Source: the human T2T-CHM13v2.0 reference genome, Homo sapiens. Taken from it: a DNA stretch of 64,000 nt. The notes under the pieces are model-generated. The model did no database searches. It was not told the DNA's origin and saw only the letters and a program-made list of their open reading frames with translations. The position numbers and the translations under genes were made by a program. The DNA lies in NCBI RefSeq assembly GCF_009914755.1, contig NC_060934.1; one strand, 5' to 3'. Positions 30,001 to 42,900 of the stretch are shown piece after piece (the first letter of the stretch is position 1; each line of letters starts with the position of its first letter).

Positions 30001-33000
30001 GGAACAGAGTGGAATCGAGTGGAATGGAATCGAACCAAATGGAATGTAATGGAATGGAAAGGAATGGAATGGAATGGACCCGAATGGAATGGAGTCAAAT
30101 GGAATGGAATCCAATGGAATGTAATTAAATAGAATGGAATTGAATGCAATTGAAAAGAATAGATAGAATGGAGGGAAATGGAAATATATCGAATCTAATA
30201 GAATGGAATGGAATGGACGCGAATGGAATGGACTGGAATGGAATGGACTCGAATGGAATGGACTGGAGTGGAATGGTCTCGAATGGAATGGAAAGGAATG
30301 GAAGGGAATGTATTGGAAGGGAAAGTAATATAATGGAATGGAATCATATGGAACGGAATGGAATGGAATGGAGTCAAATGGAATAGAATTGAATGGAATG
30401 CAATCAAAGGAATGGAATGCAATGGACTCGAATGGAATGGACTCGAATGGAATAGAATAGAATGGAATGGCATGGAATGGAATGAAATAGAATGGTATGC
30501 AATAAAATGGAATGGAGTGGAATCGAGTGGAATTGAATCAAACCGAAAGGAATGGAATGGATTGGAATGGACCCGAATGAAATGGTGTAGAATGGAATGG
30601 AATCGAAAGGAGTGGAATTGAATAGAATGGAATTGAATGTAATCGAAAGGAATAGAAAGAATGGAGGGTAATGGAAATATATCCAATGGAATAGAATGGA
30701 ATGAAATGGACTGGAATGGAATGGAATAAAATGGAATGGACTGGAGTGGAATGGACTCGAATGGAATGGAAACGAATGGAAGGGAATGGAATGGAATGGA
30801 ATGGAATGGAATCGGATGGAAAGGAATAGAATGGAATGGAATTGGATGGAACGGAATGGAATGGAATGGAGTTGAAAGTACTAGAGTCGAATGGAATGGG
30901 ATCAAATATAATGCAATGTAAGGGAATGGAATTGAATAGACTTGAATGGAATGGACTTGAATGGAAAAGAATGGAATGGAATGGCATCGAATGGAATGGG
31001 ATGGAATGGAATGGAGGGTCCCAAATGTAATGGACTCAAATGGAATGGAGTCAAACAGAATGGAATCAAAAGGAATAGTCTCGAATAGAATTTATTCGAA
31101 TAGACGAATCGAATGGAATGCAATAGTATGGAATGGAATCAAATGGGGTGGACTGGAATGGAACGGATTGGAATAGAACTGACTCGAATGTAATGGACTG
31201 CAATGTAATTGATTTGAAAGGAATGGAATAGAATGCAATGTAATCAAATGGAATGGTAAGGAATGAAAAGGAATGGAATAGAATGGAATGCAATGGAATG
31301 GAAAAGAGTGTAATCGAGTGGAATGGAATTGAATGGAATGGAATCGAATTGAATGGAATCGATTGGAAAGGACTGGAATGGAATGGATTCGAATGGAATG
31401 GACTGGAACAAAATGGAATCGAAATAATTGGAATCGAATGGAAAGGAATGGAATGGAATGCAATGGAATGGACACGAGTGGAATGGAGTCAAATGGAATG
31501 GAATCGAATGGAATGGAATTGAATAGAATGGAATTGAACTGAATCGAAAGGAACAGAATGGAATGGAGTGTAACGGAAAGATAACGAATGGAATGGAGTG
31601 GAAAGGAATGGAATGGACTCGAATGGAATGGACAGGAAAGGAATGCACTCGAATGGAATGGACTGGTGTGTAATGCAATCAAATGGAATTGAAACAAATT
31701 GAATGCAATGGAATGGAACAGAAGGGAATAGAATGGAATTGAATCGGATGGAATGGAATTGAATGGAGTGGAGTCAAATAGAATAGAATTGAATGGAATG
31801 GCATCAAATGGAATGGAATGGGCTCGAAATGAGTGGATTCGAATATAATAGAATAGAATAGAATGGCATTGAATGGAATGGAATGGAATGGAATGGACTC
31901 AAAAGGACTGGACTCGAATGGTATAGAATGGAAAGGAATGGCATCCAATGGAATGGAATGGAATGAAATGGAATGGAATGGAATGAAATTGAATGGAATG
32001 CAATGGACCCAAATTTAATGGATTCGAATGGAATGGATTCAAATAGAATGGACTCGAAAGGTATGGTCTCGAATGGAATTTATTCGAATAGAATGGAATT
32101 GAATGGAAAGCAATAGTATGGAATGGAATCGATGGAATGGAAACGAATGGAATGGACCGGAATGGTATGGACTGGAATAGAACGTACTCGAATGTAATGG
32201 ATTGCAATGTAATTGATTCGAATGGAAAGGAATCGAATGGAATGTAAGCAATTGGAATGGAATGGAATGAAATGGAATGGAGAAGAATGGAATGCAATGG
32301 AATGGAATGGAGTGGAATCGAGTGGAATGGAATCAAATGGAATGGAATTGAATGGAATGGAATCGAGTGGAATAGAATAGAATGGAATGGACTTGAGTGT
32401 AATGTAATTGAATGGACTCGAATGGAATAGAATCTAATGGAATGGAATGGAATGGAATGGAATGGAATGGAATGGAATGGAATGGAATCGAATGGACCCA
32501 AATGTAATGGACTCGTATGGAATGGACTCAAATAGAATGGATTAGAAAGGAATGCTCACGCGTGGAATTTATTCAAATAGAATTTAATCAAATGGAATGT
32601 AATAGTATGTAATGGAATCGAATGGAATGGACAGGAATGGAATGGACTGGAATAGAACGGACTTGAATGTAATGGATTGCAATGTAATTGATTTGAATGT
32701 AATGGAATTGAAAGGAATGGAATCAAATGGAATGGAATGGAATGCAATGGAATATAATAGAATGCTATGTAATGGAATCGAATGGAATGTAATCAAATGG
32801 AATGGAATGGAATGGAATGCAATGGAATAGAATAGAATGCTAAGTAATAGAATGGAATGGAGTGGAATCGAGTGGAATGGATGGGAATGGAATGGACACA
32901 AATAAGAAAACTGGAACAAAATGGAATGGAACGGATTGGAATCGAACGGAACAGAATGTCTAGAATAGAATGGAATGCACTTGAATGAAATGGAGTCGAA

Positions 33001-36000
33001 ATGAATGGAGTCGAAATGAATGGAATCGAATGGAATGGAATCGAATGGAATGGAATTGAATAGTATCGAAAAGAATAGAATGGAACGGAGCGTAATGGAA
33101 AGATATCGAATGGAATGGAAAGAAATGGACTCGAGTGGAATGGACTGGAATGGAATAGACTTGAATGCTATGGACTGGAGTGGAATGCAGTCAAATTGAA
33201 TGCAAACAAATGGAATGGAATGGAATGGAAAGGAATAGAATGGAATGGAAATGGATGGAACACAGTGGATTGGAATGGATTCGAATTGAATAGAATTGAA
33301 TGGAATGGCAATGAATGGAGTGGAATGAAATGGACTGGAATGAAATGGAATGGAATGGAATGAAATGGAATGGAATGAACTCTAATGGATTGTATTCCAA
33401 TGGAAGAGAATCAAATGGCATGGCATCGAATGGAATGGAATGGAATGGAATGGAATGGAATGCAATGGACTCATATTTAATGGACACGAATGGAATGGAC
33501 TCAAATAGATTGGACTCGAAAGGAATGGTCTCGACTGGAATTTATTCAAACAAAATGGAATTGAATGGAATGCAATAGTATGGAACAGAGTCAAATGGAA
33601 TGGAATCGAATGGAATGGACCGGAATGGAAAGGAATGGAATAGAAAGGACTGAAATGTAATGGATTGCAATGTAATAGATTTGAATGGAATGGAATCGAA
33701 TGGAATGTAATCAAATGGAATGGAATGGAATGCAATGGAATGGAATAGAATGGAATGCAAGAAAATGGAATGGACTGGAATCAAGTGGAATGGAATCGAA
33801 TGGAATGGATTCCAATGGAATGAAATCAAACGGAGTGGACTGGAATGGAATGGATTCGAATGGAGAGGACTGGAACAAAATGGAAACGAATGGATTGCAA
33901 TCGAATGGAATGGAATGGAGTGGAATGGAATAGAATCTAATGGAATGGCATTGAATGGACTGGAATGGAATAGATTCGAATGGAAAGGACTCCAACGGAA
34001 CTGAATCATATGGAATGGCATCGAGTGGAATGGAATGGAATGGAATGGAATGAAATGGAACCAAATGTAATGGACTCGAATGGAATGGACTCAAATAGAA
34101 TGGACTCTAAAGGAATGGTCTCGAATGGAATTTATTTGAATACATTGGAATCGAATGGAATGCAATAGAATGGAATGGATTGGAATCAAATCAAATCGAA
34201 TCGAATGGACTGGAATGGAATGGACTGGAATAGAATGAATTCGAATGTAATGGATTGCAAAGTAAATGATTTGAATGGGATGGAATCGAATTGAATGTAA
34301 TCAAAAGGAATGGAATGCAAGGCAATGGAATGGAATAAAATGGAATGCAATGGAATGGAATGGACTGGAATCGAGTGGAATGGAATGGAATCGAATGGAA
34401 TGGACTAGAATGGAATGGACTCCAATGGAATGTACTGGAACAAAATGGAAACGAAAGGATTGCAATCGAATGGAATGGAATGGAATGGTCTCAAATGGAA
34501 TGGAGTCGAATGGAATTGAATAGAATGGAATGGAATCGCATGGAATGGAATTGAATGGATTCGAAAAAATAGAATGGAATGGATTGTAATGGAAAGATAT
34601 CGAATGGAATGGAATGGAATGGAATGGAACGGAATCGCATGGAATGGAATTGAATGGATTCGAAAAGAATAGAATGGAATGGATTGTAATGGAAAGATAT
34701 CGAATAGAATGGAATGGACTCGAATGGAATGGAATTGAATGGATTCGAAAAGAATAGAATGGAATGGATTGTAATGGAAAGATATCAAATAGAATGGAAT
34801 GGACTCGAATGGAATGGATTGGAATGGAATGGAGTCGAATGGAATTGACTGGAGTGGAATGGACTCGAATTGAATGGAAATGATTGCAATGGAATGGAAT
34901 GCAAAGGAATAGAATGTAATGGAATCGGGTGGAATTGAATGGAATGGAGTTGAATAGAATAGAATCAAACGGAATGGCATCAAATGGAATGGAATGGAAT
35001 CGAATCAAATTTACACGAATGGAATAGAATCGAATGGAATGGCTTCGAATGGAATGGAATGGAATAGAATGGAATGGAATGTACCCAAATGTAATGGACT
35101 CGAATGGAATAGACTCAAATAGAATGGACACGAAAGGAATGATCTGGAATGGAATTTATTCGTATAGAATGGAATCAAATGGAATGCAATAGAATGGAAC
35201 GGAATTGAATAGAATGGACCAGAATGGAATGCACTGGAATAGAAAGGTCTAATATAATGGATTGCAATGCCATTGATTTGAATGGAATGGAATTGAGTGA
35301 AATGTAATCAAATTGAATGGAATTGTATGCAAAGGAATGGAATACAATGGAATGCAATGGAAAGGAGTAGAGCAGAATCGAGGGGAATGGAATCGAATGG
35401 AATAGTGTGGAATGGAATAGAATGGAAAGGAATAGAATGGAATGGAATCGGATGGAAAGGAATTGAATTTAATGGATTCAAATGGAATGACATGGAATGG
35501 AATGGAATGGAATGGAATGGAATGAAATGGAATGGACTCGAAATGAATGGACTCTAATGAAATAGAATCGAATGGAAAGGTATCTAATGGAATGGAAAGG
35601 AATGGAGTGGAATGGAATGGACCCAAATGGAATGGACCCCAATGGAATGGACTCAAATAGAATGGACTTGAAAGTAATAGTCTCAAATGGAATTCATTCG
35701 ACTAGAATGGAATCAAAAGGAATGCAATAGTATGGAACGGATTCGAATGCACTGGACCAGAATGGAATTGACTGGAATTGAACGGAATCGAATGTAATGT
35801 ATTTAAAAGTAGTTGATTCGAATGCTTTGGAATCGAAAGGAATGTAATCAAACGGAATGGAATAGAATGCAATGGAATGGAATAGGAGGGAATGCAATGG
35901 AATGGAATATAATGGAATGCAAAGGAATGAAACAGAGTGTAAGAGAGTGGAATGGAATCGAATGGAATGGAATCGATTGGAATGGACTAGAATGGATTCG

Positions 36001-38350
36001 AATGGAATGGACTGGAACAAAATGGAATCAAACTGATTGGAATCGAATGGAAAGGAATGGAATTGAATGCAATGGAATGGACTCGAATGGAATGGAGTCG
36101 AATGGAATGGAATCAAATGGAATGGAATCGAATACAATGGAATTGAACTGAATTGAAAGGAATAGAATGGAATGGAGTGTAATGGAAAGATATAGAATGG
36201 AATGAAGTGGAATGGAATGGAATGGACTCGAAAGGAATGGACTGGAAAGGAATGCACTCGAATGGAATGGACTGGTGTAGATGGGACTCAAATGGAAATG
36301 AAACGAATGGAATGCAATGGAATGGAACGGAAGGCAATAGAAGGAATGGAATAGGATGGAATGGAATTGAATGGAGTGGAGTCGAATAGAATAGAATCGA
36401 ATGGAATGGCATCGAATGGAATGGAATGGAATAGAATGGGCTCAAAATGAATGGACTCGAATAGAATCGAATGAATTGAATGGCAAGGATTGGAAAGGAA
36501 TGGAATGGAATGGACTCAAATGGACTGGACTCAAATGGTATAGAATGGAATGGAATGGAATGGCATCGAATGGAATGGAATGGAATGGAATGGACCCAAA
36601 TTTAATGGACTCGAATGGAATGGACTCAAATAGAATGGACTTGACAAGGAATGGTCTTGAATGGAATTTTTTCGAATAGAATGGAATTGAAAGGAATGCA
36701 ATAGTATGGAATGGAATCGATTGAAGGGAATCAAATGGAATGGACCAGAATGGTATGGACTGGAATAGAACAGACTCGAATGCAGTGGATTGCAATATAA
36801 TTGTTTCGAATGGAAAGGAATTGAATGGAATGTAAGCAAATGGAATGGAATGGAATGAAATGAAATGGAGTAAAATGGAATGAAAGGGAATGGAACGGAG
36901 TGGAATCGAGTGTAATGGATTCAAATGGAAAGGAATTGAATGGAATAGAATAGAATGGAATGGACTCGAATGGAATGGAATAGAATGGACTCGAAAGGAA
37001 TGGACTCGAATGGAATAGAATAGAATGGACTGGACTGGAATGGAATGGAATGGACCCAAATGTAATGGACTCGTATGGAATGGAATCAAGTAGAATGGAT
37101 TCGAAAGGAATGGTCTCGAATGGAATTTATTCAAATAGAATTTAATCAAATGGAATGCAATAGTATGTAATGAAATCGAATGGCATGGAATCAAATGGAA
37201 TGGACATGAATGGAATGGACTGAAATAGAAAGGACTTGAATGTAACGGATTGCAATGTAATTGATTTGAATGTAATGGAATCGAATGGAATGTAATCAAA
37301 TGGAATGCAATGGAATGCAATGGAATGGAATAGAATGGAATGGAGTGGAATCGAGTGGAACAGACTGGAAAAAAATGGAATGGAACAGAGTGTAATGGAA
37401 TGGAAAGGAATTTAATGGAAGGGAATGGAATGCACTCGAAAGGAAAGGAGTCAAAAGGAATGGAATCAAATGGAATGGAATCGAATGGAATGGAATTGAA
37501 TGGAATTGAAAAGAATAGAATGGAACGGAGCGTAATGGAAAGATATCAAATGGAATGGAATGGAATGGACTCGAATGGAATGGACTGGAATGGAATACAC
37601 TCGAATGGTATGGACTGGAGTGGAATGTAGTCAAATTGAATGGAAACGAATGGAATGGAAGGAATGGAAAGGAATAGAATGGAATGAAATCGGATGGAAC
37701 ACAATGGAATGGAATGGATTCGAATTGAATAGAATTAAATGGATTGGCAATGAACGGAGTGGAATGGAATGGAATGGAGAGGAATGGAATGGTATGGAAT
37801 GGACTCTAATGGATTGTATTTCAATGGAAGAGAATCGAATGACATGGCATCGAATGGAATGGAATGGAATGGACTCAAATATAATGGACTCGAAAGGAAT
37901 GGTCTCGAATGGAATTTATTCAAACAGAATTGAATCAAACGGAATGCAATAGTATTGAATGGAGTCGAATGGAATGGAATCGAATGGAATGGACCAGAAT
38001 GAAATGGACTGGAATAGAAAGGACTCGAATGTAATGGATTGCAATGTAATAGATTTGAAAGGAATGGAATTGAATGGAATGTAATCAAAAGGAATGCAAT
38101 GTAATGCAATGGAATGGAATTGAATGGAATGCAAGAAAATGGAACGGACTGGAATCGAGTGGAATGAAATTGAATGGAATGGATTCGAATGGAATGAATT
38201 CAAGTGGAATGGACTGGAATGGAATGGACTCGAATGGAAAGGACTGGAACAAAATGGAAACGAACGGATTGCAATCGAATGGAACAGAATGGAATGGAAT
38301 GGACTCGAATGGAATGGAGTATAATTAAATGGAACCGAATGGAATGCAAT
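1..38350 (+). repeat. Human satellite 3 (HSat3/SatIII) array, diverged (GGAAT)n with ~0.9-1 kb composite unit (layer A)
   Basis: Continuous GGAAT pentamers with recurrent variants (GGACT CGAAT, GGAATCGAAT, GCAAT, AGAAT). The landmark GGACCCAAATGTAATGGACTC...GGTCTCGAATGGAATTTATTCGAATAG...GCAATAGTATGG recurs about 40 times. It lacks the ATCATCGAATGG-dominated pattern of HSat2. The array continues off the left edge; the right boundary is approximate. Confidence 0.95.
15995..17871 (+). repeat. Recent near-identical tandem duplication of one ~0.93-0.95 kb HSat3 unit
   Basis: Private variants (GCATTCAGATGG, TATTTGGATTGC, CAATGGCACTGAATC, GGAACAGGATCAATGGAGTGGTATCG) recur at an offset of 931, rising to 946 after a 15-bp pentamer gain. 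Confidence 0.92.
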
Positions 38351-39911
38351 CGAATGGAATGGATTTGAATGAAATAGAAAGGAATAGAAAGGAAATGAAT
38401 GGACTCGAATGGAATGGAAAGGACACGAGTGTAACGGAATGGAATGGAATGGACTGGAATTATGGAATGGAATGGAATGGAATGGAATGGAATGGAATGG
38501 AATGAATTTGAATAGAATGGATCCAAACAGAATGGAATGGAATGGAGTGTAGTGGCCTCGAATGGAATGGAATGGACTCGAATGAAATGGAATGGACTCG
38601 AATGGAACGGAATGGAATCAACTCGAGTGCAATGGAATGGAATGGAACAGAATGGATTTGAATGGAATGGAATGGAATGAACCCGAATGGAATGGAACAG
38701 AATGGAATGCAATGGAATGGAGAGGAATGGAATGAAATGGACTCGAATGGAATGGAAAGGAATGGAATGGAATGGAATGGAATGGAATGGAATGGAATGG
38801 AATGGAATGCATTTGAATTGAATGGACCCGAAAAGAATGTAATGGAATGGAATGGAATGGAATGAAGTGGCCTCGAATGGAATGGAATGGAACGGAATGG
38901 ACTCGAATGAAATGTACTGGACTATGATGGAATGCAATGGGAAGGAATCAACTCGAGTGAAATGGCATGGAATGGAATGGAATGGATTCGAATGGAATGG
39001 AATGGACCCGAATGGAATGGAAGAGACTGGAATGGAATGGAGAGGAATGGAATGGAATGGAATGGAATGGAATGGAATGGAATGGAATGGAATGGAATGG
39101 ATTGAAATGGAATAAAAAAGAATGGAATGGAATGTATTGGAATGGAATGGAATGGAATGGAGTCGAATGGAATGGAATGCACTCTAATGGAATGGAATGC
39201 AATGGAATACACTCTAATGGAATAGAATGGAATGGAATGGAATGGAATGGAAGGGACTCGAATGAAATGGAACGGAATGGACTCGAATGGAATGGAATGG
39301 AATCGAATGGAATTGAATGGAATGGAATGGATTCGAATAGAATGGAAAGGAATGGAATTGAATGGAATGGAATGGAATCAAGTGGAATGGAATAGAATGG
39401 ACACGAATGGAATTGAATGGAAAGGAATGGACTCGAATGGAATAGAATTGAATGGACAAGAATGGAATGTAATGGAATAGAATGGACTGGAATGGAATGG
39501 AATGTAAAAGAATGGAATGGAATTGAATGGACTCGAATGGAATGGAAAGGACTTGAGTGTAATGGAATGGAATGGAATGGACTCGAGTTTTGGAATGCAA
39601 TGGAATGGAATGGAAAGGAATGGAATGGAATGGAATGCATTTGAATTGAATGGACCAGAAAAGAATGGAATGGAATGGAATGGAATGGGATGGAATGGAA
39701 TGGAATGGAATGGAATGAAATGGCCTCGAATGGAATGGAATTTAATGGAATGGACTCGAATGAAATGGAATGGACTCGAATGGAATGGAATGGAATGGAA
39801 ACAAATTGAGTGCAATGGAATGGAGTGGAATGGTATGGATTCTAATGGAATGGAAAGGAATGAACCCGAATGGAAAGGAACAGAATGGAATGGAGAGGAA
39901 TGGAATGGAAT
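38351..39911 (+). repeat. HSat3 transition zone, near-pure (GGAAT)n without the layer-A unit (layer B)
   Basis: Long perfect GGAAT runs. Own landmarks are GCATTTGAATTGAATGGACC(C/A)GAAAAGAATG (~38809, ~39637), TGGCCTCGAATGG (~38552, ~38868, ~39721) and GGAATCAACTCGAGTG (~38614, ~38944). Confidence 0.8.
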
Positions 39912-39924
39912 GGTGAAATGAAAT

Positions 39925-39988
39925 GTGAGCTGAGATTGTGCACTGCACTCCAACCTGGGTGACAGAGTGAGATTCCGTTGAAAGAAAG
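39925..39988 (+). mobile_element. Alu right-arm 3' fragment (first of 20 satellite-embedded copies)
   Basis: GTGAGCTGAGATTGTGCACTGCACTCCAACCTGGGTGACAGAGTGAGATTCCG matches the Alu consensus end GTGAGCCGAGATCGCGCCACTGCACTCCAGCCTGGGCGACAGAGCGAGACTCCG, with CpG>TpG changes and a 1-bp deletion. Confidence 0.93.
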
Positions 39989-42900
39989 GAATGGAATGGA
40001 ATGGATTTACAATGGAATGTAATGTAATGGAGTGGAGTGGAATGGAGTGGCGTGGCGTGGAGTGAAGTGGAATTGAGTGGTATGGATTCTTATGGAATGG
40101 AATGGAATGGAGTGGAGCGGAGTGAAGTGGGGTGGAGTGGAGTGGAATGGAGTGGAATGGAATGGGATGGAAAGGAATGAAGTGAAGAGGAGTGGCGTAG
40201 AGTGGAGTGGAGTGGAATTTAGTAGTATGGATTGCTATGGAATGGAATAGAATGGAATTGCATGGAGTGTAGTGGGGTTGAGTGGAGTGGAAGGGAATGG
40301 AGTGGAATGGAATGGGATGGAATGGAATGGAGAGGAGTGGAGTGGAAAGGTGTAGAATGGAATGGAATGGAATACAGTGGAGTGTAGTGGAATGGAGGGG
40401 AGTTGAGTGCAGTGGAATGGAATGGAGTGGAATGAAGTGGAGTGGAGTGGAATGGAGAGGAGTGGAGTGGAGTGGAATGGAGCAGAGAGGAGTGGAGTGG
40501 AGTGGAGTGAATTGAAGTGGAGTGGGATGGAATGGAGTGGAGTGGAATGGAAGGGAATGGAATGGAATGGAATCGAATGGAACAGAATTCAATGGAATGG
40601 AATGGAATCGAATCGAATGGAATGGAATCGAAATGAATGGAATGGAATAGAATGGAATGGAATCGAATGGCATTGAATGGATTCGAATCAAATGTGGTGA
40701 AGTGGACTGGAGTGGAATGGAGTCAAAAGGAATGGGGTGGAATGGAATTGAATGAAGTAGAGTGCAGTGGAGTGGAATGGAGTAGAGTGGAATGGACTGG
40801 GAAGGAATGGAATTGAACGGAGTGGAGTGAAGTGGAGTGGAATGGAATGCAATGGAATGGAATGGAATGGAATGGTGAAATGAAATGTGAGCTCAGATTG
40901 TGCACCGCACTCCAACCTGGGTGACACAGTGAGATCGTGTCAAAAGAAAGGAATGGAATAGAATGGATTTAGAATGTAATGTAATGGAATGGAGTGGAGT
41001 GGAGTGGCGTGGAGTGGATTGGTGTGGAGTGGAATGGAGTGGTTTGGATAGTTATGCAATGGAATGGAATGGAGTGGAGTGGAGTGGCATGAAGTGGAGT
41101 GGAATCGAGTGGAATCAAATGGGATGGAATGGAACAGAGTAGAGTGGAGTGGAGTGGAAAGATGCAGAAAGAAATGGAATGGAATGGAGAGGAGTGGAGT
41201 GGAGGGCAGTTGAGTAGAGTGGATTGGAGTGCAGTGAAATGGAGTGGAATGGAGTGGTGTGGAATGGAGTAGAATGGAGTGGAGTGGAGTGGAGTGGAGT
41301 CGAGTGGAAAGGTATAGAATTGAATGGAATGGAAAGGAGAGGAGTGGAGTGGAGTGGATTTGAGTGGAAAGGATGGTAGAGCAGTGGAATGGAGTGGAGT
41401 GGAATGGAGTAGAGTGGAGTGGAGTGGAATGGAATAGAACGAAATGGAATGGAGTGGATTGGAATGGAATGGAATGGAATGCAATGGAATGGAATTGAAC
41501 GGAATTGAATGGATGCCAATGCAATGGAATGGAAATGAATGGAATGGAATCGAATGGAATGCAGTGAAATGGAGTGGAGTGGAGTGGAGTGGATTGGAGT
41601 GGAATGAAAAGGGATGGAATGGAAATGAATGGAGTGGAGTGGAGTAGAATGGAGTGGAGTGGAATGGAATGGGAAGGAATGGAATTGAACGGAGGGGTGT
41701 GGAGTGGAGTGGAATGAAATGCAATGGAACAGAATCGAATGGAATGCTGAAATGAAATGTGAGCTGAGATTGCACACTGCACTCCAGCCTGGGTGAGACA
41801 GTGAGATCCTGTCGAAAGAAAGGAAGGGAATGGAATGGATTTAGAATGGAATATAATGGAATGGATTTAGAATGGAATGTAATGGAATGGAGTGCAGTGG
41901 AGTGGAGGGGAGTGGAATGGAATGGACTGGAGTGGAGTGGAACGGAATGGTATGGACTGTTATGGAATGGAATGCAATGGAGTGGAATGGAGTGCTGTGG
42001 GGTGGAGTGGAGTGGAGTGGAATGGAGTAGAATGGAATGGGATGGAATGGAATGGAGAGGAGTGGAGTGGAGTGGAAATGTGTAGAATAGAATGGAATGG
42101 AGTGGAGTGGAGTGGAGTGGAGTGGAAATGTGTAGAATAGAATGGAATGGAGTGGAGTGGAGTGGAATTGAGTGGAGTGGAATGGAGTGGAGTGGAATGG
42201 AGTGGAGTGGAGTAGAGTTTAGTTTTGTGGAATGGAGTGGAATGGAGTGGAGTGGTTTGGAATGAAAGGGAGTGGAGTGGAGTGGTGTGGAATGGAGTGG
42301 ACTGGGAACGAATGGAGTGGAGTGGAATGGAGTGGACTGGAGTGGAATGGAATGGAATGCAATGGATTGGAATGGAATGGAATTGAATGCAATGGAATAG
42401 AAAGCCATAGAATGGTGAAATGAAATGTGAGCTGAGATTGTGCACTGCCCTCCAGCCTGGGTGAGAGAGTGAGATCTTGTCAAAAGAAAGGAATGCAATG
42501 GAATGGATTTAGAAAGAATGGAATGGAATGGAATGGAGTGAAATGGAGATGAGTGGAATGGAGTGGAGTGGAATGGAGTGGAGTGGAGTGGAGTGGAATG
42601 GAATGAAATTGAATGGAATCGAATTGAATCGAATCGAATTGAATCAAATTGAATGGAATCGAGTCGAATGGAATTGAATAGAAAAAATGGATTTGAATGG
42701 AATCGAATCAAATGGAATCGAATGGCATCAAATGGAATCGAATAGAATGCGATGAAGTGGAATGGAGTGCAGTGGAATGGAGTGGAATGGATTGGGGTGG
42801 AATGAAATTCAATGGAGTGGAGTGGAGTGGAATAGAATTGAATGGAATGGAATGGGAAGGAATGGAATTGACTGGAGTGGAGTGGAGTGGAATGGAATGC

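Noticed and set aside
1-38350. HSat2 assignment
   Set aside because: It lacks the recurrent GAATCATCATCGAATGG-type ~26-bp HSat2 pattern. Long pure GGAAT runs indicate HSat3.
1-39900. Hundreds of overlapping MEWNG/FHSIP ORFs on both strands
   Set aside because: These are the expected product of translating a pentamer satellite in all frames.
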